A stretch of DNA of 64,000 nucleotides from positions 3,596,001 through 3,660,000 of the forward strand of contig OZ024757.1 of assembly GCA_964016885.1 (NCBI GenBank), read 5' to 3'. Position numbers and translations under genes: made by a program. Below the pieces are notes generated by a model. It worked only from the letters and a program-made list of their open reading frames with translations, ran no database searches and had not been told where the DNA came from. The stretch comes from Eledone cirrhosa (taxonomy: Eukaryota). Of the stretch, positions 9,955-22,900 are shown one piece after another (within the stretch, counting starts at the first letter, position 1; each line of letters begins with the position of its first letter).

Positions 9955-10030
<76 letters not shown>

Positions 10031-10097
10031 GTGTATATATGGGATTATATTTACAAACGACACAAAAGTACTCCTTACTCATTCACCCACACATGTT

Positions 10098-12616
10098 TGT
10101 GAGTGTGTGTGTGTCTATGGTTGTGTGTGTGTGTGTCTATGGTTGTGTGTGTGTCAATGGCTGTGTGTGTGTTTGTCTATGGCTGTGGGTGTGTGTGTCT
10201 ATGGCTGTGTGTGTGTGTGTCTATGGCTGTGTGTGTGTGTGTCAATGGCTGTGTGTGTGTGTGTCTATGGCTGTGGGTGTGTGTGTCTATGGCTGTGTGT
10301 GTGTGTGTCAATGGCTGTGTGTGTGTGTGTCTATGGCTGTGGGTGTGTGTGTCTATGGCTGTGGGTGTGTGTGTCTATGGCTGTGGGTGTGTGTGTCAAT
10401 GGCTGTGTGTGTCTATGGCTGTGTGGGTGGGTGTCTATGGCTGTGTGTGTGTGTGTCTATGGCTGTGGGTGTGTGTGTCTATGGCTGTGTGTGTGTGTGT
10501 GTCTATGGCTGTGTGGGTGGGTGTCTATGGCTGTGGGTGTGTGTGTCTATGGCTGTGTGTGTGCGTCTATGGCTGTGTGGATGGGTGTCTATGGCTGCGT
10601 GTGTGTGTGTCTATGGCTGTGTGTGAGTGTGTGTCTATGGCTGTGTGTGTCTATGGCTGTGTGTGTGTGTCTATGGCTGTGTGGGTGCGTGTGTGTCTAT
10701 GGCTATGTGTGTGTGTGTCTATGACTGTGTGTGTGTGTGTGGGTGTCTATGGCGGTGTGTGTGTGTGTATGGCTGTGTGAGTGTGTGTCTATGGCTGTGT
10801 GGGTGTGTGTGTGTCTATGGCTGTGTGGGTGTGTGTGTCTATGGCTATGTGTGTGTGTGTCTATGGCTGTGTGTGTGTGTGTCTATGGCTGTGTGTGAGT
10901 GTGTCTATGGCTGTGTCTGTGTGTGTGTATGGCTGTGTGAGTGTGTGATTATGGCTGTGTGGGTGTCTGTGTGTGTGTGTGTGTGTCTATGGCTGTGGGT
11001 TTGTGTGTCTATGGCTGTGGGTTTGTGTGTCTATGGCTGTGTGTGTGTGTGTCTATGGCTGTGTGGGTGTGTGTGTGTCTATGGCTGTGTGTGTGTGTGG
11101 GTGTTTATGGCTGTGTTTGTGTGTGTCTATGGCTGTGTGGGTGTGTGGGTGTCTATGACTGTGTGTGTGTGTGTGTGTGTCTATGGCTGTGTGTGTGTGT
11201 GTCTATGGATGTGTGGGTGTGTGTGTGTCTATGGCTGTGTGGGTGTGTGTGTATGTCAGTGTGTGTGTGTGTGTCTATGGCTGTATGAGTGTGTGTGTGT
11301 CTATGGCTGTGTGTGTGTCTATGGCTGTGTGTGTGTGTGTGTGTCTATGGCTGTGTGGGTGTGTGTCTATGGCTGTGTGTGTGTGTGTGTCTATGGCTGT
11401 GTGTGTGTGTGTGTCTATGGCTGTGTGGGTGTGTGTGTGTCTATGGCTGTGTTTGTGTGTGTCTATGGCTGTGTGGGTGTGTCTCTATGGATGTGTGTGT
11501 GTGTGTCTATGGCTGTGTGTGTGCGTGTGTGTGTCTATGGCTGTGTGTGTGTGTGTCTATGGTTGTGTGGGTGTGTGGGTGTCTATGGCTGTGTGGGTGT
11601 GTGTCTATGGCTGTGTGTGGGGGTGGGTGTCAATGGCTGAGTGAGTGTGTGTCTATGGCTGTGTGTGTGTGTCTATGGCTGTGTGGGTGTGTGTCTATGG
11701 CTGTGTGTGTGTGTGTCTATGGCTGTGTGGGTGTGGGTCTATGGCTGCGTGTGTGTGTGTGTCTATGGCTGTGTGGGTGTGTGTGTGTCTATGGCTGTGT
11801 GAGTGTGTGTCTATGGCTGTGTGTGTGGGTGTGTGTCTATGGCTGTGTGGGTGTGTGTCTATGGCTGTGTGTGTGTGTCTATGGTTGTGTGTCTATGGCT
11901 GTGTGGGGGTGTATGTGTCTATGGCTGTGTGGGTGTGTCTCTATGGATGTGTGTGTGTGTGTCTATGGCTGTGTATGTGTGTATGTGTGTCTATGGCTGT
12001 GTGTGAGTGCGTGTGTGTATGTGTATGGCTGTGTGAGTATGTTTCTATGGATGTGTAGGTGTGTGTGTGTCTATGGCTGTGTGTGTGTGTGTCTATGGCT
12101 GTGTGGGTGTGTGTCTATGGCTGTGTGTGTGAGTGTCAATGGCTGTGTGTGTGTGTGTCTATGGCTGTGTGTGAGTCTATGGCTGTGTGTGTGTCAGTAT
12201 GTGTGTGTGTGTCTATGGCAGTGTGTGTGTGTCTATGGCTGTGTGTGTATGTGTGTCTATGGCTGTGTGTGTGTCAGTGTGTATGGGTGTCTCTATGGCA
12301 GTGTGTGTGTGTGTCTATGTCTGTGTGTGTGTGTGTCAATGGCTGTGTGTGTGTGTGTGTGTGTGTCTATGGCTGTGTGTGTATGTGTGTCTCTGGCTGT
12401 GTGTGTGTGTGTGTCAGTGTGTGTGTGTGTGTCAATGGCTGTGTGTGCGTGTGTGTCTATGGCTGTGTGTGTATGTGTGTCTATGGCTGTGTGTGTGTGT
12501 GTCAGTGTGTGTCTGTGTGTGTCTATGTCAGTGTGTGTGTGTGTGTGTCTATGTCAGAGTGTGTGTTGTGTGTCTATGGCTGTGTGTGTGTGTCTATGGC
12601 TGTCTGTGTGTGTGTG
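10098..12616. repeat. Minisatellite GTCTATGGCT(GT)n with variable-length unit
   Basis: Roughly a hundred CTATGGCT-type cores are separated by (GT)n/GGGT spacers. Confidence 0.95.
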
Positions 12617-12710
12617 GTATTATATCCAGTGATTCTCTTAAAGCCAATCAACTAATATGGAAGCCGAACAAATTCAGTTGTATTTTTTTTATGTCAGTGA
12701 TTTGTTAAAT

Positions 12711-13800
12711 ACATCGTCATCACCACCACCATCACCACCACCATCACCACCACCACCACCATCACCACCACCATCACCACCACCATCACCATCACCACCA
12801 CCATCACCACCACCATCAACATCACCACCATCACCATCACCATCACCACCACCATCACCACCACCATCACCACCACCATCACCACCACCACCACCATCAC
12901 CACCACCATCACCACCACCATCACCATCACCACCACCATCACCATCACCATCACCATCACCACCACCATCACCACCACCATCACCATCGTCATCACCACC
13001 ACCATCACCACCACCATCACCATCATCATCACCACCACCATCACCACCACCATCACCATCACCACCACCACCACCATCACCATCACCATCACCACCACCA
13101 TCACCACCACCATCACCATCGTCATCACTACCACCATCACAATCGTCATCACCACCACCATCACCACCACCATCACCACCACCATCACTATCGTCATCAA
13201 CATCGTCATCACCACCACCATCACCATCGTCATCACCATCACCATCACCTTCACCATCGTCATCACTATCGTCATCACCACCACCATCACCACCACCATC
13301 ACTATCGTCATCACCACCACCATCACCATCACCATCACCACCACCATCACCATCGTCATCACCATCGTCATCACCATCACCACCACCATCACCATCGTCA
13401 TCACCATCACCATCGTCATCACCATCACCATCGTCATCACCATCATCATCACCATCACCATCGTCATCACCATCACCATCGTCATCAACATCGTCATCAC
13501 CATCGTCATCACCATCACCATCGTCATCACCATCACCATCGTCATCACCATCACCATCGTCATCACCATCACCATCGTCATCACCATCATCATCACCATC
13601 ACTATCGTCATCACCATCGTCATCACCATCATCATCGCCATGACCATCACCCACGTCAACACTAATAACATCAGCAACACATTCAACATCGTCATCACCA
13701 CCACCATCGTCATCATCATCACCATCATTACCAACATCACAACCCCCGTCATCACCATCATCATCACCACCATCATTATCACCACCGCCACCATCGTCAA
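12711..13800. repeat. Triplet repeat array CAC/CAT/CGT
   Basis: Direct reading. Triplet phase is kept for ~0.95 kb, then decays. Confidence 0.95.
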
Positions 13801-13928
13801 TCTATATATAGCCATGCAATCCATGTGGGTATCGATGTATGTGTGTGAATGAGAGAGACTGTGTGAGTGTGAGAAAGAATATGTATATGTGTTTGTGTAT
13901 GTACGTGTGTATGTGTGTGTATGTGTAT

Positions 13929-16900
13929 GTGTGGTGAAGTGTAATGTGGTGTAGTGTAGTGTGGTCTAGTGTAGTGTGGTGTAGTGTAGTGTAGTATAGT
14001 GTGGTGTAGTGTGGTGTAGTGTGGTGTAGTGTAGTGTGGTGTAGTGTAGTGTGGTGTAGTGTAGTGTGGTGTAGTGTAGTGTAGTGTAGTGTGGTGTAGT
14101 GTAGTGTAGTGTAGTATAGTGTGGTGTAGTGTGGTGTAGTGTGGTGTAGTGTAGTGTGGTGTAGTGTAGTGTGGTGTAGTGTAGTGTGGTGTAGTGTAGT
14201 GTTGTGTAGTGTGGTGTAGTGTAGTGTAGTATAGTGTGGTGTAGTGTGGTGTAGTGTGGTGTAGTGTAGTGTGGTGTAGTGTGGTGTAGTGTAGTGTGGT
14301 GTAGTGTAGTGTGGTGTAGTGTTGTGTAGTATAGTGTGGTGTAGTGTAGTGTGGTGTAGTGTAGTGTAGTATAGTGTGGTGTAGTGTGGTGTAGTGTGGT
14401 GTAGTGTGGTGTAGTGTAGTGTGGTGTGGTGTAGTGTGGTGTAGTGTAGTGTGGTGTAGTGTAGTGTGGTGTAGTGTTGTGTAGTATAGTGTAGTGTAGT
14501 GTGGTGTAGTGTGGTGTAGTGTAGTGTGGTGTAGTGTAGTGTGGTATAGTGTAGTGTGGTGTGGTGTAGTGTGGTGTAGTATAGTGTGGTGTAGTGTGGT
14601 GTAGTGTGGTGTAGTATAGCGTGGTGTAGTGTGGTGTAGTGTGGTGTAGTATAGTGTGGTGTAGTGTAGTGTAGTGTGGTGTAGTGTAGTGTGGTGTAGT
14701 GATGTGTAGTGTGGTGTAGTGTGGTTAAGTGTAGTGTGGTGTAGTATAGTGTGGTGTAGTGTGGTGTAGTGTGGTGTAGTGTGGTGTAGTGTGGTGTAGT
14801 ATGGTGTAGTATAGTGTGGTGTAGTGTAGTGTGGTGTAGTGTGGTGTAGTGAGGTGTAGTGTGGTGTAGTGTGGTGTAGTGTGGTGAAGTGTAGTGTGGT
14901 GTAGTATAGTGTCGTGTAGTGTGGTGTAGTGTGGTGTAGTATAGTGTGGTGTGGTGTAGTGTGGTGTAGTATAGTGTGGTGTAGTGTGGTGTAGTGTGGT
15001 GTAGTGTAGTGTGGTGTAGTGTAGTGTGGTGTAGTGTAGTGTGGTGTAGTGTAGTGTTGTGTAGTGTGGTGTAGTGTAGTGTAGTATAGTGTGGTGTAGT
15101 GTGGTGTAGTGTGGTGTAGTGTAGTGTGGTGTAGTGTGGTGTAGTGTAGTGTGGTGTAGTGTAGTGTGGTGTAGTGTTGTGTAGTATAGTGTGGTGTAGT
15201 GTAGTGTGGTGTAGTGTAGTGTAGTATAGTGTGGTGTAGTGTGGTGTAGTGTGGTGTAGTGTAGTGTGGTGTGGTGTAGTGTGGTGTAGTGTAGTGTGGT
15301 GTAGTGTAGTGTGGTGTAGTGTTGTGTAGTATAGTGTGGTGTAGTGTGGTGTAGTGTGGTGTAGTGTAGTGTGGTGTAGTGTAGTGTAGTATAGTGTGGT
15401 GTAGTGTGGTGTAGTGTAGTGTGGTGTAGTGTAGTGTGGTATAGTGTAGTGTGGTGTGGTGTAGTGTGATGGAGTATAGTGTGGTGTAGTGTGGTGTAGT
15501 GTGGTGTAGTATAGCGTGGTGTAGTGTGGTGTAGTGTGGTGTAGTATAGTGTGGTGTAGTGTAGTGTAGTGTGGTGTAGTGTAGTGTGGTGTAGTGATGT
15601 GTAGTGTGGTGTAGTGTGGTTAAGTGTAGTGTGGTGTAGTATAGTGTGGTGTAGTGTGGTGTAGTGTGGTGTAGTGTGGTGTAGTGTGGTGTAGTGTGGT
15701 GTAGTATGGTGTAGTATAGTGTGGTGTAGTGTAGTGTGGTGTAGTGTGGTGTAGTGAGGTGTAGTGTGGTGTAGTGTGGTGTAGTGTGGTGAAGTGTAGT
15801 GTGGTGTAGTATACTGTCGTGTAGTGTGGTGTAGTGTGGTGTAGTATAGTGTGGTGTGGTGTAGTGTGGTGTAGTATAGTGTGGTGTAGTGTGGTGTAGT
15901 GTGGTGTAGTGTAGTGTGGTGTAGTGTAGTGTGGTGTAGTGTAGTGTTGTGTAGTGTGGTGTAGTGTAGTGTAGTATAGTGTGGTGTAGTGTGGTGTAGT
16001 GTGGTGTAGTGTAGTGTGGTGTAGTGTGGTGTAGTGTAGTGTGGTGTAGTGTAGTGTGGTGTAGTGTTGTGTAGTATAGTGTGGTGTAGTGTAGTGTGGT
16101 GTAGTGTAGTGTAGTATAGTGTGGTGTAGTGTGGTGTAGTGTGGTGTAGTGTAGTGTGGTGTGGTGTAGTGTGGTGTAGTGTAGTGTGGTGTAGTGTAGT
16201 GTGGTGTAGTGTTGTGTAGTATAGTGTGGTGTAGTGTGGTGTAGTGTGGTGTAGTGTAGTGTGGTGTAGTGTAGTGTAGTATAGTGTGGTGTAGTGTGGT
16301 GTAGCGTGGTGTAGTGTAGTGTGGTGTGGTGTAGTGTGGTGTAGTATAGTGTGGTGTAGTGTGGTGTAGTGTGGTATAGTGTAGTGTGGTGTGGTGTAGT
16401 GTGGTGTAGTATAGTGTGGTGTAGTGTGGTGTAGTGTGGTGTAGTATAGCGTGGTGTAGTGTGGTGTAGTGTGGTGTAGTATAGTGTGGTGTAGTGTAGT
16501 GTAGTGTGGTGTAGTGTAGTGTGGTGTAGTGATGTGTAGTGTGGTGTAGTGTGGTTAAGTGTAGTGTGGTGTAGTATAGTGTGGTGTAGTGTGGTGTAGT
16601 GTGGTGTAGTGTGGTGTAGTGTGGTGTAGTATGGTGTAGTATAGTGTGGTGTAGTGTAGTGTGGTGTAGTGTGGTGTAGTGAGGTGTAGTGTGGTGTAGT
16701 GTGGTGTAGTGTGGTGAAGTGTAGTGTGGTGTAGTATAGTGTCGTGTAGTGTGGTGTAGTGTGGTGTAGTATAGTGTGGTGTGGTGTAGTGTGGTGTAGT
16801 ATGGTGTGGTGTAGTGTGGTGTACTGTGGTGTATTATAGTGTGGTGTAGTGTGGTGTAGTGTGGTGTAGTATAGTGGGGTGTAGTGTAGTGTTGTGTGGT

Positions 16901-19900
16901 GTAGTGTGGTGTAGTGTGGTGTAGTGTGGTGTAGTGTGGTGTGGTGTAGTGTAGTGTGGTGTAGTGTAGTGTGGTGTAGTGTGGTGTAGTGTAGTGTGGT
17001 GTAGTGTAGTGTGGTGTAGTGTGGTGTAGTGTGGTGTAGTGTGGTGTGGTGTAGTGTAGTGTGGTGTAGTGTGGTGTAGTGTAGTGTGGTGTAGTGTGGT
17101 GTAGTGTAGTGTAGTGTAGTGTAGTGTGGTGTAGTGTAGTGTGGTGTAGTGTAGTGTAGTGTAGTGTAGTGTGGTGTAGTGTGGTGTAGTGTGGTGTGGT
17201 GTAGTGTATTGTGGTGTAGTGTGGTGTAGTGTAGTGTGGTGTAGTGTGGTGTAGTGTAGTGTGGTGTAGTGTAGTGTGGTGTAGTATAGTGTGGTGTAGT
17301 GTGGTGTAGTGCGGTGTAGTGTGGTGTAGTGTAGTGTGGTGTGGTGTAGTAAAGTGTGGTGTAGTTTAGTGTAGTGTAGTGTAGTGTGGTGTAGTGTGGT
17401 GTAGTGTGGTGTGGTGTAGTGTAGTGTGGTGTAGTGTGGTGTAATGTAGTTTGGTGTAGTGTAGTGTAGTGTGGTGTAGTGTAGTGTAATGTGTTGTAGT
17501 ATAGTATGGTGTAGTATAGTGTGGTGTAGTGTGGTGTAGTGTAGTGTGGTGTGGTGTAGTGTAGTGTAGTGTGTTGTAGTATAGTATGGTGTAGTATAGT
17601 GTGGTGTAATGTGGTGTAGTGTAGTGTAGTGTGGAATAGTGTAGTGTGGTATAGTGTGGTGTAGTGTAGTGTGCTGTAGTGTAGTGTAGTGTAGTGTGGT
17701 GTAGTATAGTGTAGTGTGGAGAAGTGTAGTGTAGTGTGGTGTAGTGTAGTGTAGTGTAGTGTAGTGTAGTGTAGTGTAGTATGGTGAAGTGTAGTGTAGT
17801 GTGGTGTAGTGTAGTGGATGTGGTGTAGTGTGGTGTAGTGTGTTGTAGTGTAGTGTGGTGTAGTGTAATGTGGTTTAATGTAGTGTGGTGTAGTGTAGTG
17901 TAACATATTGCAGTGTAGTGTGGTGTAGTGTAGTGTAGTGTAATGTGGTTTAATGTAGTGTGGTGTAGTGTAGTGTAACATATTGCAGTGTAGTGTGGTG
18001 TAGTGTAGTGTAGTGTAGTGTGATATAGTATCCTTTGGTGTAGTGTGGTGTAGTGTAGTGTAGTGTAGTATAGTGTAGTGTAGTGTAGTGTAGTGTAGCG
18101 GGGTTTGGTGTAATGTAGTGTGATGTAGTGTATTGTGGTATAGTGTAGTGTGGTGTAGTGTAGTGGAGTGGAGTGTGGCGTAGTGTAGTGTGGTGTAGTG
18201 TAGTGTGGTGTAGTGTAGTATAGTGTGGTGTAGTGTAGTATAGTGTGTTGTAGTGTAGTGTGGATTAGTGTGGTGTAGTGTGATGTAGTTTATTGTAGTG
18301 TGTTGAGGTGTAGTGTGGTGTGATGTAGTGTAGTATAGCGTAGTGTAGTGTAGTGTTGAGTAGTGTGGTGTAGTGTACTGTGGTGTGGTGTGGTGTGGTG
18401 TATTTTAGTGTAGTGTAGTGTGGTGTAGTGTAGTGCAGTGTGGTGTAGTATAGTGTAGTGTGGTGTAGTGTAGTGTGGTGTAGTCTGGTGTAGTGTAGTG
18501 TGGTGTAGTGTAGTGTAGTGTAGTGTAGTGTGGTGTAGTGTAGTGTAGTGTGGTGTGGTGTAGTGTATTGTGGTGTAGTGTGGTGTAGTGTAGTGTGGTG
18601 TAGTGTGGTGTAGTGTAGTGTGGTGTAGTGTAGTGTGGTGTAGTATAGTGTGGTGTAGTGTGGTGTAGTGCGGTGTAGTGTGGTGTAGTGTAGTGTGGTG
18701 TGGTGTAGTAAAGTGTGGTGTAGTTTAGTGTAGTGTAGTGTAGTGTGGTGTAGTGTGGTGTAGTGTGGTGTGGTGTAGTGTAGTGTGGTGTAGTGTGGTG
18801 TAATGTAGTTTGGTGTAGTGTAGTGTAGTGTGGTGTAGTGTAGTGTAATGTGTTGTAGTATAGTATGGTGTAGTATAGTGTGGTGTAGTGTGGTGTAGTG
18901 TAGTGTGGTGTGGTGTAGTGTAGTGTAGTGTGTTGTAGTATAGTATGGTGTAGTATAGTGTGGTGTAATGTGGTGTAGTGTAGTGTAGTGTGGAATAGTG
19001 TAGTGTGGTATAGTGTGGTGTAGTGTAGTGTGCTGTAGTGTAGTGTAGTGTAGTGTGGTGTAGTATAGTGTAGTGTGGAGAAGTGTAGTGTAGTGTGGTG
19101 TAGTGTAGTGTAGTGTAGTGTAGTGTAGTGTAGTGTAGTATGGTGAAGTGTAGTGTGGTGTAGTGTAGTGGATGTGGTGTAGTGTGGTGTAGTGTGTTGT
19201 AGTGTAGTGTGGTGTAGTGTAATGTGGTTTAATGTAGTGTGGTGTAGTGTAGTGTAGTGTAGTGTGATATAGTATCCTTTGGTGTAGTGTGGTGTAGTGT
19301 AGTGTAGTGTAGTATAGTGTAGTGTAGTGTAGTGTAGTGTAGCGGGGTTTGGTGTAATGTAGTGTGATGTAGTGTATTGTGGTATAGTGTAGTGTGGTGT
19401 AGTGTAGTGGAGTGGAGTGTGGCGTAGTGTAGTGTGGTGTAGTGTAGTGTGGTGTAGTGTAGTATAGTGTGGTGTAGTGTAGTATAGTGTGTTGTAGTGT
19501 AGTGTGGATTAGTGTGGTGTAGTGTGATGTAGTTTATTGTAGTGTGTTGAGGTGTAGTGTGGTGTGATGTAGTGTAGTATAGCGTAGTGTAGTGTAGTGT
19601 TGAGTAGTGTGGTGTAGTGTACTGTGGTGTGGTGTGGTGTGGTGTATTTTAGTGTAGTGTAGTGTGGTGTAGTGTAGTGCAGTGTGGTGTAGTATAGTGT
19701 AGTGTGGTGTAGTGTAGTGTGGTGTAGTCTGGTGTAGTGTAGTGTAGTGTGGTGTAGTATAGTGTAGTGTGGTGTAGTGTAGTGTGGTGTAGTCTGGTGT
19801 AGTGTAGTGTAGTGTAGTGTGGTGTAGTGTAGTGTAGTGTGTGGTGTAGTGTAGTGTAGTGTTGTGTAATGTGGTGTAGTGTAGTGTGGTGTGGTATTAT

Positions 19901-22900
19901 GTAGTGGAGTGGAGTGTAGTGTGGTGTGGTGTAGTGTAGTTTAGTGTTGTGTGGTGTAGTGTGGTGTAGTGTAGTGTGGTGTAATGTAGTGTAGTATAGT
20001 GTAGTGTAGTGAAAGTGTAGTGTGGTATAGTGTAGTGTGGTGTAGTTTGATGTAGTGTAGTTTAGTGTAGTGTATTGTGGTGTAGTGTGGTGTAGTGTAG
20101 TGTGGTGTAGTGTAGTGTGGAGTAGTGTGGTGTAGTGTGATGCAGTGTAGTGTAGTGTAGTGTAGTGTCTTGATGTGTAGTCTGGTGTAGTTTGGTGTAG
20201 TGTGGTGTAGTTTGGTGTAGTGTGGTGTAGTGTGGTATGTTGGGTTGCGGTGTAGTGGGGAGTAGTGATGTATAGTGTGTTGAGGTGTATTGTTAAGCGA
20301 TCTAGTGTAGTGTTATGTAATGTAGTGTGCTGAGTGTAGTCTGGTGTGATGTAGTGTAGTGTTGAGTAGTGTGGTGTAGTGTAGTGTGGTTTAGTGTAGT
20401 ATATTGTAGTGTAGTGTAGTGTAGTGTACTGTAGTGTAGTTTAGTGTTGTGTCGTGTGGTGTAGTGTAGTGTGGCATGGTGGGGCGTAGTGTAGTGTAGT
20501 GTGTTGTAGTGTAGTGTAGTGTGTTCAGGTGTAGTATGGTGTAGTGTAGTGTAGTGTAGTGTAGTGTAGTGTAGTGTAGTGTAGTGTAGTGTAGTGTAGT
20601 GTAGTGTAGTGCAGTGTAGTGTAGAGTAGTGTAGTGTGGTGTGGTGTAGTGTAGTGTAGTGTAGTGTAGTGTAGTGTAGTGTAGTGTAGTGTAGTGTAGT
20701 GTAGTGTGGTGTAGCGTAGTGTGGTGTAGTGTAGTGTGTTGAGGTGTAGTATGGGGTGATGTAGTGTAGTGGTGAGTAGTGTGGTGTAATGTAGTGGGGT
20801 GTAGTGTAGTGTAGTGTAGTGTAGTGTAGTGTAGTGTGGCGTGGTGTAGTGTAATGTAGTTTGGTTTAGTGTAGTGTGGTGTAGTGTGATGTGGTGAAGT
20901 GTAGTGTGGTATGGTGTGGTGTAGTGTGGTGTAGTGTAGTGTGGTGTAATGTAGTGTAGTTTAGTGTAGTGTAGTGTAGTGTAGTGTGGTATAGTGTAGT
21001 GTGGTGTAGTTTGATGTAGTGTAGTTTAGTGTAGTGTATTGTGGTGTAGTGTGGTGTAGTGTAGTGTGGTGTAGTGTAGTGTGGCGTAGTGTGGTGTAGT
21101 GTGATGCAGTGTAGTGTAGTGTAGCGTAGTGTCTTGATGTGTAGTCTGGTGTGATGTAGTAGTTCAGTATAGGCTAGTGTAGTGTTGAGTAGTGTGGTGT
21201 AGTGTACTTTAGTGTAGCATGGTGTAGTGTAGTGTAGAGTGGTGTAGTGTAGTGTGATGTAGTGTGGTGTAGTGTAGTGTAGTGTAGTGTAGTGTAGTAT
21301 AGTGTAGTGTAGTGTAGTGGGGTTTGGTGTAATGTAGTGTGATGTAGTGTATTGTGGTATATTGTAGTGTGGTGTAGTGTAGTGGAGTGGAGTGTGGTGT
21401 AGTGTGGTGTAATGTAGTGTGGTGTAGTGTAGTGTGGTGTAGTGTAGTATAGTGTGGTGTAGTGTAGTATAGTATGTTGTAGTGTAGTGTTGAGTAGTGT
21501 GGTGTAGTGTACTGTGGTGTGGTGTAGTGTGGTGTGGTATATTTTAGTGTAGTGTAGTGTGGTGTAGTGTAGTGTAGTGTAGTGTAGTGTGGTGTAGTAT
21601 AGTGTAGTGTGGTGTAGTGTAGTGTGGTGTAGTCTGGTGTAGTGTAGTGTAGTGTGGTGTAGTGTAGTGTAGTGTGGTGTAGTATAGTGTAGTGTGGTGT
21701 AGTGTAGTGTGGTGTAGTCTGGTGTAGTGTAGTGTAGTGTGGTGTAGTGTAGTGTGATGTGGTGTAGTGTAGTGTAGGTTGTGTAATGTGGTGTAGTGTA
21801 GTGTGGTGTGGTATTATGTAGTGGAGTGGAGTGTAGTGTGGTGTGGTGTAGTGTAGTGTAGTGTTGTGTGATGTAGTGTGGTGTAGTTTGGTGTAGTGTG
21901 GTGTAGTGTGGTATGTTGGGTTGTGGTGTAGTGGGGAGTAGTGATGTGTAGTGTGTTGAGGTGTATTGTAGAGCGATCTAGTGTAGTGTTATGTAATGTA
22001 GTGTGCTGAGTGTAGTCTGGTGTGATGTAGTGTAGTGTTGTGTAGTGTGGTGTAGTGTAGTGTGGTTTAGTGTAGTATATTGTAGTGTAGTGTAGTGTAG
22101 TTTAGTGTAGTGTACTGTAGTGTAGTTTAGTGTTGTGTCGTGTGGTGTAGTGTAGTGTGGCATGGTGGGGCGTAGTGTAGTGTAGTGTGTTGTAGTGTAG
22201 TGTAGTGTTTTCAGGTGTAGTATGGTGTGATGTAGTGTAGTGTAGTGTAGTGTAGTGTAGTGTAGTGTAGTGTAGTGTAGTGTAGTGTAGAGTAGTGTAG
22301 TGTGGTGTAGTGTAGTGTAGTGTAGTGTAGTGTAGTGTAGTGTAGTGTAGTGTGGTGTAGCGTAGTGTGGTGTAGTGTAGTGTGTTGAGGTGTAGTATGG
22401 GGTGATGTAGTGTAGTGGTGAGTAGTGTGGTGTAATGTAGTGGGGTGTATTGTAGTGTAGTGTAGTGCAGTGTAGTGTAGTGTGGCGTGGTGTAGTGTAA
22501 TGTAGTTTGGTTTAGTGTAGTGTGGTGTAGTGTGATGTGGTGAAGTGTAGTATGGTATGGTGTGATGTAGTGTGGTGTAGTGTAGTGTGGTGTAATGTAG
22601 TGTAGTTTAGTGTAGTGTAGTGTAGTGTAGTGTAGTGTGGTATAGTGTAGTGTGGTGTAGTTTGATGTAGTGTAGTGTAGTGTATTGTGGTGTAGTGTGG
22701 TGTAGTGTAGTGTGGTGTAGTGTAGTGTGGAGTAGTGTGGTGTAGTGTGATGCAGTGTAGTGTAGTGTAGTGTAGTGTCTTGATGTGTAGTCTGGTGTGA
22801 TGTAGTAGTTCAGTATAGGCTAGTGTAGTGTTGAGTAGTGTGGTGTAGTTTGGTGTAGTGTGGTGTAGTGTACTTTAGTGTAGCATGGTGTAGTGTAGTG

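Noticed and set aside
10098-12616. CRISPR-like repeat-spacer appearance
   Set aside because: The core is only 8-10 bp, the spacers are (GT)n rather than unique, there are no cas genes and the context is eukaryotic.
9383-12708. Cys/Val-rich and Tyr/Ile-rich ORFs
   Set aside because: These are translations of (GT)n, (TA)n and the CTATGGCT minisatellite.
12657-13824. Extensin-like Ser/Pro, Gly/Asp and Met/Val ORFs
   Set aside because: They are overlapping frames of one triplet repeat, with no signal peptide or unique domain.
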